A stretch of DNA of 42,383 bases from an uncultured Erysipelotrichaceae bacterium. GTDB taxonomy: Bacteria > Bacillota_I > Bacilli_A > Erysipelotrichales > Erysipelotrichaceae. The stretch is taken from assembly GCA_900320455.1 (NCBI GenBank), contig ONSK01000070.1, positions 1-42,383 of the forward strand, read 5' to 3'. The position numbers and the translations under genes were made by a program. Positions 16,877 to 25,836 of the stretch are shown here, one piece after another (position 1 is the first letter of the stretch; the number at the start of each line of letters is the position of its first letter). The notes under the pieces were generated by a model. It was not told the origin of the DNA. It searched no databases and was given only the letters and a program-made list of their open reading frames with translations.

Positions 16877-18889
16877 TTAGTCTGCATACATCAGATTGTT
16901 TTTGTTTCTGTTTCTGACACTGTTGATCAATACCGCGTAATCGGGATTGTCAGGTCTCAGAAACACTGCCGCGGCGTCTTTGCGGGCCTGTTCTATCATC
17001 GCCGTATCATCCGTGATACTGCCGAGAATCAGATCCGGAAGACCGCTCTGCCTTGTACCAAGTATATCACCCGGTCCGCGGAGCCGTAAATCCTGATAGG
17101 ATATTTCAAAACCGTTGTTTGTTGAGGCAAGCACATTCAGCCGCTCGATCGTCTTTTCGTCATGACTGCCGCTGAGCAGCCAGCAGTAACCCCGCTCACT
17201 GCCGCGCTGGATTCTTCCTCGCAGCTGATGAAGCTGGGAAAGACCGAAGCGGTCGGCGTCATAGATAATCATGCCGGTTGCGTTGACAACGTTCATGCCG
17301 ACTTCCACAACCGTTGTGGAAACCAGGATCCTGATCTCCCCGTCGGAGAACCGTTTCATCACCGACTGTTTTTCATCGCTGCTCATGCGTCCGTGCAGGA
17401 TTCCCGTCTGATACTGCGGATAGAGCTTCTGAATCGCAGATGCAGTGTCGCCGACATTGCGGGCATCATAGTCATCATTCTGATCGACTGCCGCGCAGAT
17501 GATATACAGTTGTCTGCCCGCTTCCAGCAAAGCTGTCACGTCCTTCAGAACACTGCGGAAGCTGTTTTCACGGATGTACAGTGTCACCGGATCTTTTCTG
17601 CCGGCAGGCATCGTTTCAATTGTAGAGATATCCATATCGCCGAACAGTGTTGAGGCAAGCGTGCGGGGAATCGGTGTCGCCGACATCAGCAGGAAGTCGG
17701 TCTGATTGCCCTTCTCACGCAATGCTCTTCTCTGTTCCACGCCGAACCGCTGCTGCTCATCCGCAACGACAAGTCCGAGATTTTTGAACTGCACGGATTC
17801 CTGGATCAGGCTGTGGGTGCCGATCACGATATCCGCGCTGCCATCCGCCGCCGCTTCCAGGATTGCCCGTTTTTCCGGGGCGGAAAGTCCGGCATAGAGC
17901 ACTTCAATGTGCACGTCTGTCCCTTTGAGAATCGACTGCAGGCTCTGCAGATGCTGACGGGCAAGGATCTCGGTCGGCGCAAGCAGTGCAGCCTGGCAGC
18001 CGGAAAGCACCGCGGCATACATCGCCAGTGCCGCAACCGCTGTCTTGCCGCAGCCGACATCACCCTGCACAAGGCGGTACATCGGCCTTGTGGAGGACAT
18101 GTCATCTTCAATTTCTTCCAGCGCTTTTCTCTGATCTTCCGTCAGGCTGTACGGAAGCCCGTTAATGACATCATCGACCTGTTTCCTGTCGAAAATCTTC
18201 GGCAGTTTCGTGATACCTTCGCGCTCTTCGCTTCTGACCATCTGCACAGCCGTAAAGAAGCGCAGGAACTCTTCATATTTCAATGTTCTTACCGCCTGTT
18301 TCACGTCATTCTGCGACTGCGGGAAGTGGATCCTGTAAAGTGCATCGCTCTTTCGCAGAAGACGGTAGCGGCGCAGAAATTCTTCCGGGATCTCATCGAT
18401 GATCTCGTTCTGCATATATTCATATACCTTGCGGATACTCTCATGGATCGTTGTCTGACGGATCCCTGCCTTCGTGCTGTAGACAGGCGTTACCTCATCA
18501 TGATCCGCAAGCGGCTTTGTATCATAGGAAATCGCGGTTACCCTGTTTCCTCCCATGTAGATTCCCTGCACGGTAATGATCTGATTCAGTTCCAGATTCC
18601 TGGCCCATGGTCTGTTGAAGATCGTGATCTTCAGGATCCTGTCCCAGGCACTGACTTCAAATGTGCTGTTTGTCATGCGGCCGTGCCGCCATGATCTGAC
18701 CGGTGAAACAACCTCACCTTCAAAAACAACTTTCTCCTTGATCTGCCATGTATCAAAGGGACGGCAGTCCATGATCTCATAGCGGAACGGATAATAGGAA
18801 AGCAGATCTTCCGCTGTATTCAGTCCGAGAAGATGCAGTGCTTCCAGCCGTTTGGGAGAAAGTTTCAGTTTTTTATCATTCAGATCCAT
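16877..18889 (-). CDS. recG: ATP-dependent DNA helicase RecG
   Basis: RLVQGDVGCGKT, DEQQRFGV, SATPIPRT, RFGLSQLHQLRGRIQRG and DLRLRGPGD.LG.RQSG. Confidence 0.98.
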   Translation of the reverse strand: MDLNDKKLKLSPKRLEALHLLGLNTAEDLLSYYPFRYEIMDCRPFDTWQIKEKVVFEGEVVSPVRSWRHGRMTNSTFEVSAWDRILKITIFNRPWARNLELNQIITVQGIYMGGNRVTAISYDTKPLADHDEVTPVYSTKAGIRQTTIHESIRKVYEYMQNEIIDEIPEEFLRRYRLLRKSDALYRIHFPQSQNDVKQAVRTLKYEEFLRFFTAVQMVRSEEREGITKLPKIFDRKQVDDVINGLPYSLTEDQRKALEEIEDDMSSTRPMYRLVQGDVGCGKTAVAALAMYAAVLSGCQAALLAPTEILARQHLQSLQSILKGTDVHIEVLYAGLSAPEKRAILEAAADGSADIVIGTHSLIQESVQFKNLGLVVADEQQRFGVEQRRALREKGNQTDFLLMSATPIPRTLASTLFGDMDISTIETMPAGRKDPVTLYIRENSFRSVLKDVTALLEAGRQLYIICAAVDQNDDYDARNVGDTASAIQKLYPQYQTGILHGRMSSDEKQSVMKRFSDGEIRILVSTTVVEVGMNVVNATGMIIYDADRFGLSQLHQLRGRIQRGSERGYCWLLSGSHDEKTIERLNVLASTNNGFEISYQDLRLRGPGDILGTRQSGLPDLILGSITDDTAMIEQARKDAAAVFLRPDNPDYAVLINSVRNRNKNNLMYAD

Positions 18890-18941
18890 ACCTCACCATT
18901 ATACAACAGGACATGCATTGCCAAATCAAAAACGGATAACC

Positions 18942-18972
18942 AAAAAAGATACAGCTTTTCAGCTGTACCTTT
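18942..18972 (-). terminator. Intrinsic terminator after the mupG-like gene
   Basis: AAGGTACAGCT-GAAA-AGCTGTATCTT followed by TTTT. Confidence 0.8.
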
Positions 18973-18973
18973 G

Positions 18974-20065
18974 TCATTCAATGATAAGACCCCATTCGTA
19001 GGAAGGTCTGATCCAGTCAAGCAGGATCTCTTCATGTTCCGCAAGATGACCTGCCAGGTTATAGCAGTCCTCCGCTTCAAAGTCCTCGCGCACGATCCAG
19101 AGTTCACCGCGGTAGTGCTCAAGCAGATCGTTGACGATCAGAATGTCGCCTCTGTGCACCATTCTGTCTTTTCTTGCGCGCGGCGGAATCGGTTTTCCTT
19201 TGAATTCCACACGCGGCCAGGTGGAGCGGACGATGATGCTGTTGCCGTCCTCTCTCTGGGCATGTCTGTTCCATTTGAGGATTTCCCGTTCCGTTTCACT
19301 GACATCTTCCTCGATGACAGCCTTCATCATGATCTTTGTCAGATCGCACTCTGCCAGAGCCTTCAGCTCTTCTTCGGATGCGAAGCAGTTTCCGATCATG
19401 ATATCCGTGCACATGCCGATGGCATTGAGATGTCTTGCCTGCAGATCAATCGGCAGATCTCTGTGCATTTCCAGTGTGACAAGTCCGTCAAAGACAGGCC
19501 ATGGACCGAAGGTATCTTTCTCCTGTGATCCGACAAAGCTGGCAATGCGCAGTCCGCAGTCCTTGTAGCGCCGGGCAAGTTCCGTATATCTGTCGATAGT
19601 CATGCCGGTATGGCGCTGCGGATAGAAATTCGAGCAGGCGCACATATTCTCCGTATCCGCGCCGCTTTCAATCAGATGACGCATGTCAATGGAGCCGGAT
19701 GCGTTGTATTCGATCTTGATGCCGTACGGGTTATGGGTAATGGCCACATCATCATTGCCTCCGAAACGTCCGTCAAGACGGATAATATCCAGTCCGATTT
19801 CCTTGAACACCGAAAGATCTCTGGCAGAAGCACCGAGCTTTGCAAAGACCTGCGGATTGGTGTCAGCGGAAACAGTCAGTCCTGCTTCATGAGCGACTGT
19901 GCAGAATTCACGGAAATTGCGGATCGTGTCTTCCCTGCTTTCAGTAACGGAAAGGAAACAGGTGAACACTCTGCGGTATCCGAGGGATCCGGCAAGTCTC
20001 ATGTAGGCATATGTTTTTTCCTTTGTCGTATGTTCCGGATAAACGGAAATGCCAAGCTGTCTCAT
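18974..20065 (-). CDS. MupG family (DUF871) TIM-barrel protein, putative 6-phospho-glycoside hydrolase
   Basis: LGISVY, RVFTCFL, IRLD.G, IEYNAS, NFYPQRHTG, GPWP...GLVTLEMHR and YRGEL motifs. Confidence 0.85.
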   Translation of the reverse strand: MRQLGISVYPEHTTKEKTYAYMRLAGSLGYRRVFTCFLSVTESREDTIRNFREFCTVAHEAGLTVSADTNPQVFAKLGASARDLSVFKEIGLDIIRLDGRFGGNDDVAITHNPYGIKIEYNASGSIDMRHLIESGADTENMCACSNFYPQRHTGMTIDRYTELARRYKDCGLRIASFVGSQEKDTFGPWPVFDGLVTLEMHRDLPIDLQARHLNAIGMCTDIMIGNCFASEEELKALAECDLTKIMMKAVIEEDVSETEREILKWNRHAQREDGNSIIVRSTWPRVEFKGKPIPPRARKDRMVHRGDILIVNDLLEHYRGELWIVREDFEAEDCYNLAGHLAEHEEILLDWIRPSYEWGLIIE

Positions 20066-20083
20066 AAAGTCTCCTGCGGTTTC

Positions 20084-21691
20084 TTATTCAACGCCGATGA
20101 TGAAGCAGTATACCGGCTGTCCGCCGTCTTCAATGTCGACGTCCACGTCGTAATTGTCATTGATGTATGCCTCAAGCGCATTCACATCTTCTTCTGTTGC
20201 GTCTTCGCCCTTGATCATGGTGATGATCTCGCTGTCCTCATCACACAGCTTGTCGATCAGTCCCTTCGCTGTTTCCAGCATTTCCTTGCCGGTGACAACG
20301 ATGTCCTTGTTCATGATGCCCATGTAATCGCCGTCATGGATCTCAATGCCGTCCACTGTCGTATCCTTGATGGCATACGTGATGGAACCGGTTGTCACTG
20401 CGGACACCGCATCCATCATGGATTCACGGTTTGTTTCTGCGTCTGCTTCAGGGTTGAAGCCGATGCATGCGCTGAGTCCCTGCGGAATGCTTGTTGTCGG
20501 CAGGACGATGATGTCCTTGTCCTCCGTGACATCGGCAGCCTGGTTGGCAGCCATGATGATGTTGGAGTTATTCGGCAGGATGAAGATATGTCTTGCATTG
20601 ATCTTGGAGATCGCTGTTACGAAGTCTTCTGTGGAAGGATTCATTGTCTGTCCGCCGGATACGACGATATCGCATCTGTAATCGGTGAACAGCTTCTTGA
20701 GACCGTCACCGGCAGCGACGGCAATCATGCCGTATTCCTTTTCCTCAGCCGGCTGTTCCTCTTCCTCAATGATGGAAGGATTGAGATCATCCTGGATATT
20801 TTCAATCTGGACCTTCTCAAAGTCACCATATCTCTGGGCAAGGATCAGGATTTCACCCGGTGTCATCGTATGCAGAGACAGACGGATGCGCTCTTCATCC
20901 GTGATCAGTGTGATTTCATTGCCGAGCTGTTCGAGAGACTTGCGGAAACGTTCGATCTTCAGGGAACGCTTGCCCTGCTCGGAAAGCTTCAGGATATATT
21001 CCGTGCGATAGCCGGATGACTTTTCGCTCTTCTTTTCTTCTCTTGCCTTCGGCGCGCTGTCTTCTGTGATGGGTTCACCCTTCAGGGAAGCCATGAAGCC
21101 GTCGAAGATGACTGTCAGACCGCTGCCGCCGCTGTCGACGACATGCGCTTCTTTCAGAACCGGAAGAAGTTCCGGTGTGTTTGCCAGAGACTTCTGCGCT
21201 TCATCGCAGATCTTCTGCATGAAGTCTTCCAGGGAGCTATCCGGATTCTCGGCGATATATGCCGTTCCTGCCTCCGTGCTTTCACGGATGACTGTCAGGA
21301 TCGTTCCTTCAACCGGACGCATGACTGCCTTGTAGGCAAGCTTGGATCCGTTGGCCAGCGCTTCGCTGAATTCCGGAACGGTCAGCTCTTCCTTGTCCTG
21401 CACATACTGCTGGAATCCGCGAAAGATCTGGGAAAGGATAACACCGGAGTTTCCGCGGGCACCCATCAGCAGTCCGCGGCTGAGTGTCTTGGCAATGACC
21501 GGCAGGGATTCACTGCCGCTCTTGCGCACTTCCGCAAGACCGTTGCTGAAAGTGAGGGACATGTTTGTACCGGTATCTCCGTCCGGAACCGGGAAGACGT
21601 TCAGCGCGTCTACATCACTTTTCTTATTGTTCAGGTTGCTGCAGCCGCTTTCAAGCATGCCTTTGAACACTTTGCCATTGAGAATATTCAT
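20084..21691 (-). CDS. fakA: DAK2-domain fatty acid kinase FakA/YloV family protein
   Basis: LNVFPVPDGDTGTNM, GARGNSGVILSQ, VVDSGG, GGQTMNPS, LPNNSNI and GGQPVY..IIGVE; start at ATG 21691 with SD GGAGG. Confidence 0.93.
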   Translation of the reverse strand: MNILNGKVFKGMLESGCSNLNNKKSDVDALNVFPVPDGDTGTNMSLTFSNGLAEVRKSGSESLPVIAKTLSRGLLMGARGNSGVILSQIFRGFQQYVQDKEELTVPEFSEALANGSKLAYKAVMRPVEGTILTVIRESTEAGTAYIAENPDSSLEDFMQKICDEAQKSLANTPELLPVLKEAHVVDSGGSGLTVIFDGFMASLKGEPITEDSAPKAREEKKSEKSSGYRTEYILKLSEQGKRSLKIERFRKSLEQLGNEITLITDEERIRLSLHTMTPGEILILAQRYGDFEKVQIENIQDDLNPSIIEEEEQPAEEKEYGMIAVAAGDGLKKLFTDYRCDIVVSGGQTMNPSTEDFVTAISKINARHIFILPNNSNIIMAANQAADVTEDKDIIVLPTTSIPQGLSACIGFNPEADAETNRESMMDAVSAVTTGSITYAIKDTTVDGIEIHDGDYMGIMNKDIVVTGKEMLETAKGLIDKLCDEDSEIITMIKGEDATEEDVNALEAYINDNYDVDVDIEDGGQPVYCFIIGVE

Positions 21692-21704
21692 ATCTGACCT
21701 CCGA

Positions 21705-22064
21705 TTACGCGACAACACGTACGCCCTGAACAAATACGTTCACTGCATTGATTTCCACTGAAAGGGATTTTTCAAGAATATACTTGATCTTCTTCTGTGC
21801 TTCCGCCACGACTTCAGAAATTCTGACACCGAAGCTGACAATGATGTAAAGATCAATCTCAAGTCCGGTTTCTTTCCTGCGGACGACAACACCGCGGGCA
21901 TAGTTTTCCTTTTTCAGAAGTTCAGCCCAGCCGTCTCTCAGAACCTGTTTGCTGGCCATTCCGACAACGCCGTAACATTCCGTGATGATACCGCCGGCAA
22001 GAGCAGCCACCGCTTCCTCAGAAACAGAAATACTGCCGTAATTTGTTGTTTTTTCTACTGTCAT
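21705..22064 (-). CDS. Asp23/Gls24 family protein (YloU)
   Basis: ECYGVVGMA...ENYARGV...VNVFVQGV; conserved yloU-yloV pairing; start at ATG 22064 with SD GAGGTG. Confidence 0.92.
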   Translation of the reverse strand: MTVEKTTNYGSISVSEEAVAALAGGIITECYGVVGMASKQVLRDGWAELLKKENYARGVVVRRKETGLEIDLYIIVSFGVRISEVVAEAQKKIKYILEKSLSVEINAVNVFVQGVRVVA

Positions 22065-22120
22065 AAACCATTGCACCTCGCATGTCTATCATATAATAAT
22101 TTGTCTCTGTTTTCATTGTT

Positions 22121-23194
22121 TCATGCATTTCCAAGTCCGGGAGTGCGGATCTCAGCCGCTCCTTCCGGGATCTGCAGAACGCCGCTGCTGTAATAGCCGG
22201 CTTCATAATGCGCGTCAAATTCCTCGTCACGCACTTCATTGCCCTTTTCATCGATCGGAATCCGGATCGGATTGCCGCTGCCGTCAAGAGCCTGGCTGCC
22301 GTCTTTCAGATAATAGTAGTGGACAATGATCTGTTCCCCTTTCTCATTGAGGATCAGATTGCCTTCTGCGTCTTTCCAGTATTCCGCCTCGGCTGTTTTA
22401 CTGACCCAGGGGCATGCCATGGAAAAGACTGTCGCGTTGTTGTCGCCGGCATAGATGCACATCGACTTGTCACGCATCTGTGAATAAACCTCGTTGTAGT
22501 ATTTGATCTTGTGCAGCGAAAAATAGTTGGCGATAAAATAGCCGCCGCTGCGCATCAGCACGCGGATCGTTTCCTCATCATAGCTGAGCGGATACTGGGA
22601 GATTTCCGACATATCCTCGATCACGCTCTGATCGATATCCACGAATGCCTTGCACAGAAGCCTTGTCTGTTCCGCGTCAGTGAATCCGCTGATCATCGGA
22701 ATTCTGGCAATAATATCAAGATAGTCACTCTTCAGATCGGCAGCGGAACTGTCGGTAAAGAGAATGACGGGACTCTCGTCATAGCGGTAGCCGACCGGCT
22801 TCTTTTCTTTAACGTCGATTCTGATCGTATTGCCTGCTTCCAGAGAGACTTTGCAGGATTCCACGAATGGATCATCCTCGACTCTGCTCTTTACAAAGGA
22901 CGGAACTGTCAGATAATACCATCCGTTGGCGGAAACACGCGAAAGACTGCGGATATAATCCGCAGACAGATAATCATTTCCGGTGATACGGATTTCCCTG
23001 ATCCTGGAAACAGGCATCAGGAAATATGCAGCGATCACAAGGATGGCCGCTGTGAGAATACCTGCTCGAATAAAGGCAGGTCTTGCCTTGCGGAAATCCT
23101 GGTCAATGCGGGAACGGTGGCGGCGGTCAAAGAGATCCTGAACCGCTTCCGGCGTATCATCTTTTTCTTTTTTCTTCTTTCTGATCAGTGCCAA
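22121..23194 (-). CDS. divIB: Cell division protein DivIB/FtsQ (TM + POTRA) with C-terminal extension
   Basis: Charged N-terminal tail, one TM helix and a POTRA pattern (IREIRITGNDYLS...PFVESCKV...IRIDVKEK); follows murG-murB. Confidence 0.8.
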   Translation of the reverse strand: MALIRKKKKEKDDTPEAVQDLFDRRHRSRIDQDFRKARPAFIRAGILTAAILVIAAYFLMPVSRIREIRITGNDYLSADYIRSLSRVSANGWYYLTVPSFVKSRVEDDPFVESCKVSLEAGNTIRIDVKEKKPVGYRYDESPVILFTDSSAADLKSDYLDIIARIPMISGFTDAEQTRLLCKAFVDIDQSVIEDMSEISQYPLSYDEETIRVLMRSGGYFIANYFSLHKIKYYNEVYSQMRDKSMCIYAGDNNATVFSMACPWVSKTAEAEYWKDAEGNLILNEKGEQIIVHYYYLKDGSQALDGSGNPIRIPIDEKGNEVRDEEFDAHYEAGYYSSGVLQIPEGAAEIRTPGLGNA

Positions 23195-24084
23195 TTGAAC
23201 ATCTCCATTTCAGTATGAAGCTCAACGCCGTACTTTTTCCTGACTTCTTCCTGTATTTCGCGGACAAGCGCGAGATAATCCTGGGCTGTTGCCCGGCCTT
23301 TATTAACGATGAAGTTGCAGTGCTTGGTGCTGACTTCCGCATCGCCGATCCGCTTTCCGCGATAGCCGATACCGTCGATCAGCTGCCAGGCATTCATTCC
23401 TTCCGGATTGCGGAATACGGAACCGCAGCTCGGGAATTCCAGCGGCTGGGAAGCGAATCTTCTTGTTCTTCTGTCTTCCATCAGCTTTTCGATTTCTTCC
23501 TTGTCTTTTTCAACAAGGGAGATCTTCGCCGCAAGGATGATCCAGTCAGTATGTTCCTGGAAGACGCTGCATCGGTAGCCGAAGCCGCATTCAGAGGCAG
23601 GAATCCATTCCAGCCTGCCGTCACGGTATACGAATACTTCTTTGACGACATCCGCCATGCTGCTCTTGTATGCGCCGGCGTTCATGAAAATCGCGCCGCC
23701 GATCGTGCCGGGAATGCCGCTGGCAAATTCCATGCCGGAAAGACCTCTCTGCATCGCGTTTACCGCAAGAGCGATAATCGAACAGCCGGCCTGCACCGTC
23801 GCGTCGCAGCCGTCAAAATACATATCGTTGAAATGTCTGTCGAGACGAATGACAACACCTTCATAATTATCATCGGAGCAGAGCAGATCACTGCCCTTTC
23901 CGATCAGCTTATAGCTGACGTTTCTTTCTTTCAGAAGACGGATCACCGCATCCAGGGCGACATCCGACTCCGGATAGAAGACGTATCTCGCAAGGCCGCC
24001 GATGCGCAGTGTCGTCATGGAGGCGAAAGATACGTTGCAGTCTACCGATCCGTACTGAATCAGTTCATCATACAGTTCATCCAT
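23185..24084 (-). CDS. murB: UDP-N-acetylenolpyruvoylglucosamine reductase
   Basis: TTLRIGG, GIPGTIGGAIFMNAGAY, QPLEFPSCGSVFRNP and KHCNFIVN. Confidence 0.98.
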   Translation of the reverse strand: MDELYDELIQYGSVDCNVSFASMTTLRIGGLARYVFYPESDVALDAVIRLLKERNVSYKLIGKGSDLLCSDDNYEGVVIRLDRHFNDMYFDGCDATVQAGCSIIALAVNAMQRGLSGMEFASGIPGTIGGAIFMNAGAYKSSMADVVKEVFVYRDGRLEWIPASECGFGYRCSVFQEHTDWIILAAKISLVEKDKEEIEKLMEDRRTRRFASQPLEFPSCGSVFRNPEGMNAWQLIDGIGYRGKRIGDAEVSTKHCNFIVNKGRATAQDYLALVREIQEEVRKKYGVELHTEMEMFNWH

Positions 24085-25150
24085 TTACAAGTTCCTCCAT
24101 GCACGCAATCATTTTCTCAGCCGCGTCACGCTGTCCTGCCGCATAGGCATTCTTACGCATCTGATCCAGCTTCTCCGGATCACGCATCAGGCTGTTCACG
24201 GTATCCGCAAGCTTCTCAGCCGTCAGATCCTTTTCCTCGATCATCACAGCCGCATCACGCCTGACAAGCTCCAGGGCGTTGATCACCTGGTGGTTGTTGG
24301 GAACATAGGGACTGGGAATCAGAACGGAAGCACAGCCGATCGCGCCAAGCTCCGCCATTGTCGTCGCACCCGCTCTTGTGACCGCAAGCGCGCATCCCTT
24401 CAGCATGTTCTTTCCGTCAACATAGGGGACGATTCTGATTCTTTCATCAGATTCGTATTTGAATTCATAATCATTGGATGTTCCGGCTGCGATGATCACC
24501 TGGAAGGAATCATCGAACAGAGAACATGCCTGATCGATCACTTCGGATACGGATTCACTGCCAAGAGAACCCATCATAAACACGACGAACGGGATCTTCG
24601 GATCAAGACCGTTTTTCTCGATTTCGGAAGGATCAAATTCCGTAAGTGCCGCAAGAGAAGCCTGCGGGTTTCCGTACAGTCTCACCTTCTCTTTCGGCAT
24701 CTGTTCAAGATTGCTTTCATAGCAGCCGACAATCACATCCGCATCGTTGGACAGGAATCTGTTTGCCTTGCCGGCAAAGCTGTTCTGTTCGTGGATCATG
24801 ACCGGAATATGCATCCGTTTTGCGGCTTTGATCAGCGGCACGCTGATGTAGTTGCCGAAGCCGATGCAGATATCAGGCTTTTCCTTCTTCAGGATCCTGC
24901 GGCAGTATCCGCCTGCTTTGATCAGAGATGCGGCAGACTTCACCTTGGCGCTGATGCCGCCGTTCATGCCGGTCATCGAAGCGCCGTAAAAACGGTAGCC
25001 TGCCTGGGGAATCACTTTGGATTCCATTCTGTCATTTGTACCGAAGAACACGATCTCTGTTTCCGGCTTTTCTTTCTTCAATATTTCTGCAAGAGCCATG
25101 GCGGGATAGATATGTCCGCCGGTGCCTCCTGTCGCTATCATTACCTTCAT
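24077..25150 (-). CDS. murG: Lipid II GlcNAc transferase MurG
   Basis: GGTGGHIYPA, HEQN, GNP, RAGATT.AE and HQ..NA. Confidence 0.98.
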   Translation of the reverse strand: MKVMIATGGTGGHIYPAMALAEILKKEKPETEIVFFGTNDRMESKVIPQAGYRFYGASMTGMNGGISAKVKSAASLIKAGGYCRRILKKEKPDICIGFGNYISVPLIKAAKRMHIPVMIHEQNSFAGKANRFLSNDADVIVGCYESNLEQMPKEKVRLYGNPQASLAALTEFDPSEIEKNGLDPKIPFVVFMMGSLGSESVSEVIDQACSLFDDSFQVIIAAGTSNDYEFKYESDERIRIVPYVDGKNMLKGCALAVTRAGATTMAELGAIGCASVLIPSPYVPNNHQVINALELVRRDAAVMIEEKDLTAEKLADTVNSLMRDPEKLDQMRKNAYAAGQRDAAEKMIACMEELVNG

Positions 25151-25170
25151 GGCACACCTCGCTGACGATT

Positions 25171-25199
25171 ATTCTATCATATTGCGGCATCTTATGAAA
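25171..25199 (-). promoter_or_regulatory. Putative extended -10 promoter for murG-murB-divIB
   Basis: TGaTAGAAT (hexamer 25176-25171) with weak -35 TTCATA/TTTCAT, then SD GAGGTG. Confidence 0.5.
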
Positions 25200-25216
25200 C
25201 AAAAGCCTCAATGCGT

Positions 25217-25249
25217 AAAAAAGCCCGGGCAGATCTCTCTGCTCAGGCT
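25217..25249 (-). terminator. Intrinsic terminator after engB
   Basis: AGCCTGAGCAGA-GAGA-TCTGCCCGGGCT followed by TTTTT. Confidence 0.75.
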
Positions 25250-25836
25250 GTGTGATCTTCAATGATCTTGTTCAGCATGTCCCACAGACGGTCCATGCCT
25301 TCTTTTTTCAGTGATGCGCATGGCACCATGGAAGTATAACTGATTCCCAGTGCGGCAGCGCTTTTCTTCATGTTGTTGATGAGGACATTGCGGGAAAGCT
25401 TGTCAGCCTTCGTGCATGCGGCGATCACGGAGAGCTTCGCGGCTCTGCCGTATTCCGCCATCATGATGTCATCCTCGTTCGGTTCCCTTCTCGCATCCAG
25501 CACGAGCACCATGCCTTTCAGCTGTCTGCGCTTTGCAAAATAGGGATCGATCAGCTTTCCGAACTCGGCAGCGCTGGAGGTGTTGCCTGCCGCGTAGCCG
25601 TAGCCGGGAGCGTCTGTGAAGATGACTCTGTCATCCACCAGAAAGAAGTTGAGAAGCCTCGTTTTGCCGGGCGTCTTGCCGGAGTATGCGAGGTTCTTTC
25701 TGTTGACCAGCGCGTTGATCAGCGTGCTCTTTCCGGCATTGGATCTGCCGGCAAAAACGATTTCCGGGTATTCTGTCGCCGGCCACTGTGCTTCTTTTGC
25801 GGCTGTTGCCAGCAGCTTCGCCTCATGGTACTCCAT
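25243..25836 (-). CDS. engB: Ribosome biogenesis GTPase YihA/YsxC
   Basis: GRSNAGKS, TPGKT, DAPGYGY and TKADK; follows lon. Confidence 0.97.
   Translation of the reverse strand: MEYHEAKLLATAAKEAQWPATEYPEIVFAGRSNAGKSTLINALVNRKNLAYSGKTPGKTRLLNFFLVDDRVIFTDAPGYGYAAGNTSSAAEFGKLIDPYFAKRRQLKGMVLVLDARREPNEDDIMMAEYGRAAKLSVIAACTKADKLSRNVLINNMKKSAAALGISYTSMVPCASLKKEGMDRLWDMLNKIIEDHTA

Noticed and set aside
19610-21019. Long plus-strand ORFs (469 aa here; also 5586-6551, 7691-8710, 8719-9771, 10849-11811, 23188-24264, 26064-27017 and others)
   Set aside because: They lie antisense to well-conserved genes, have no RBS or recognisable motifs, and are expected from codon bias on the coding strand.
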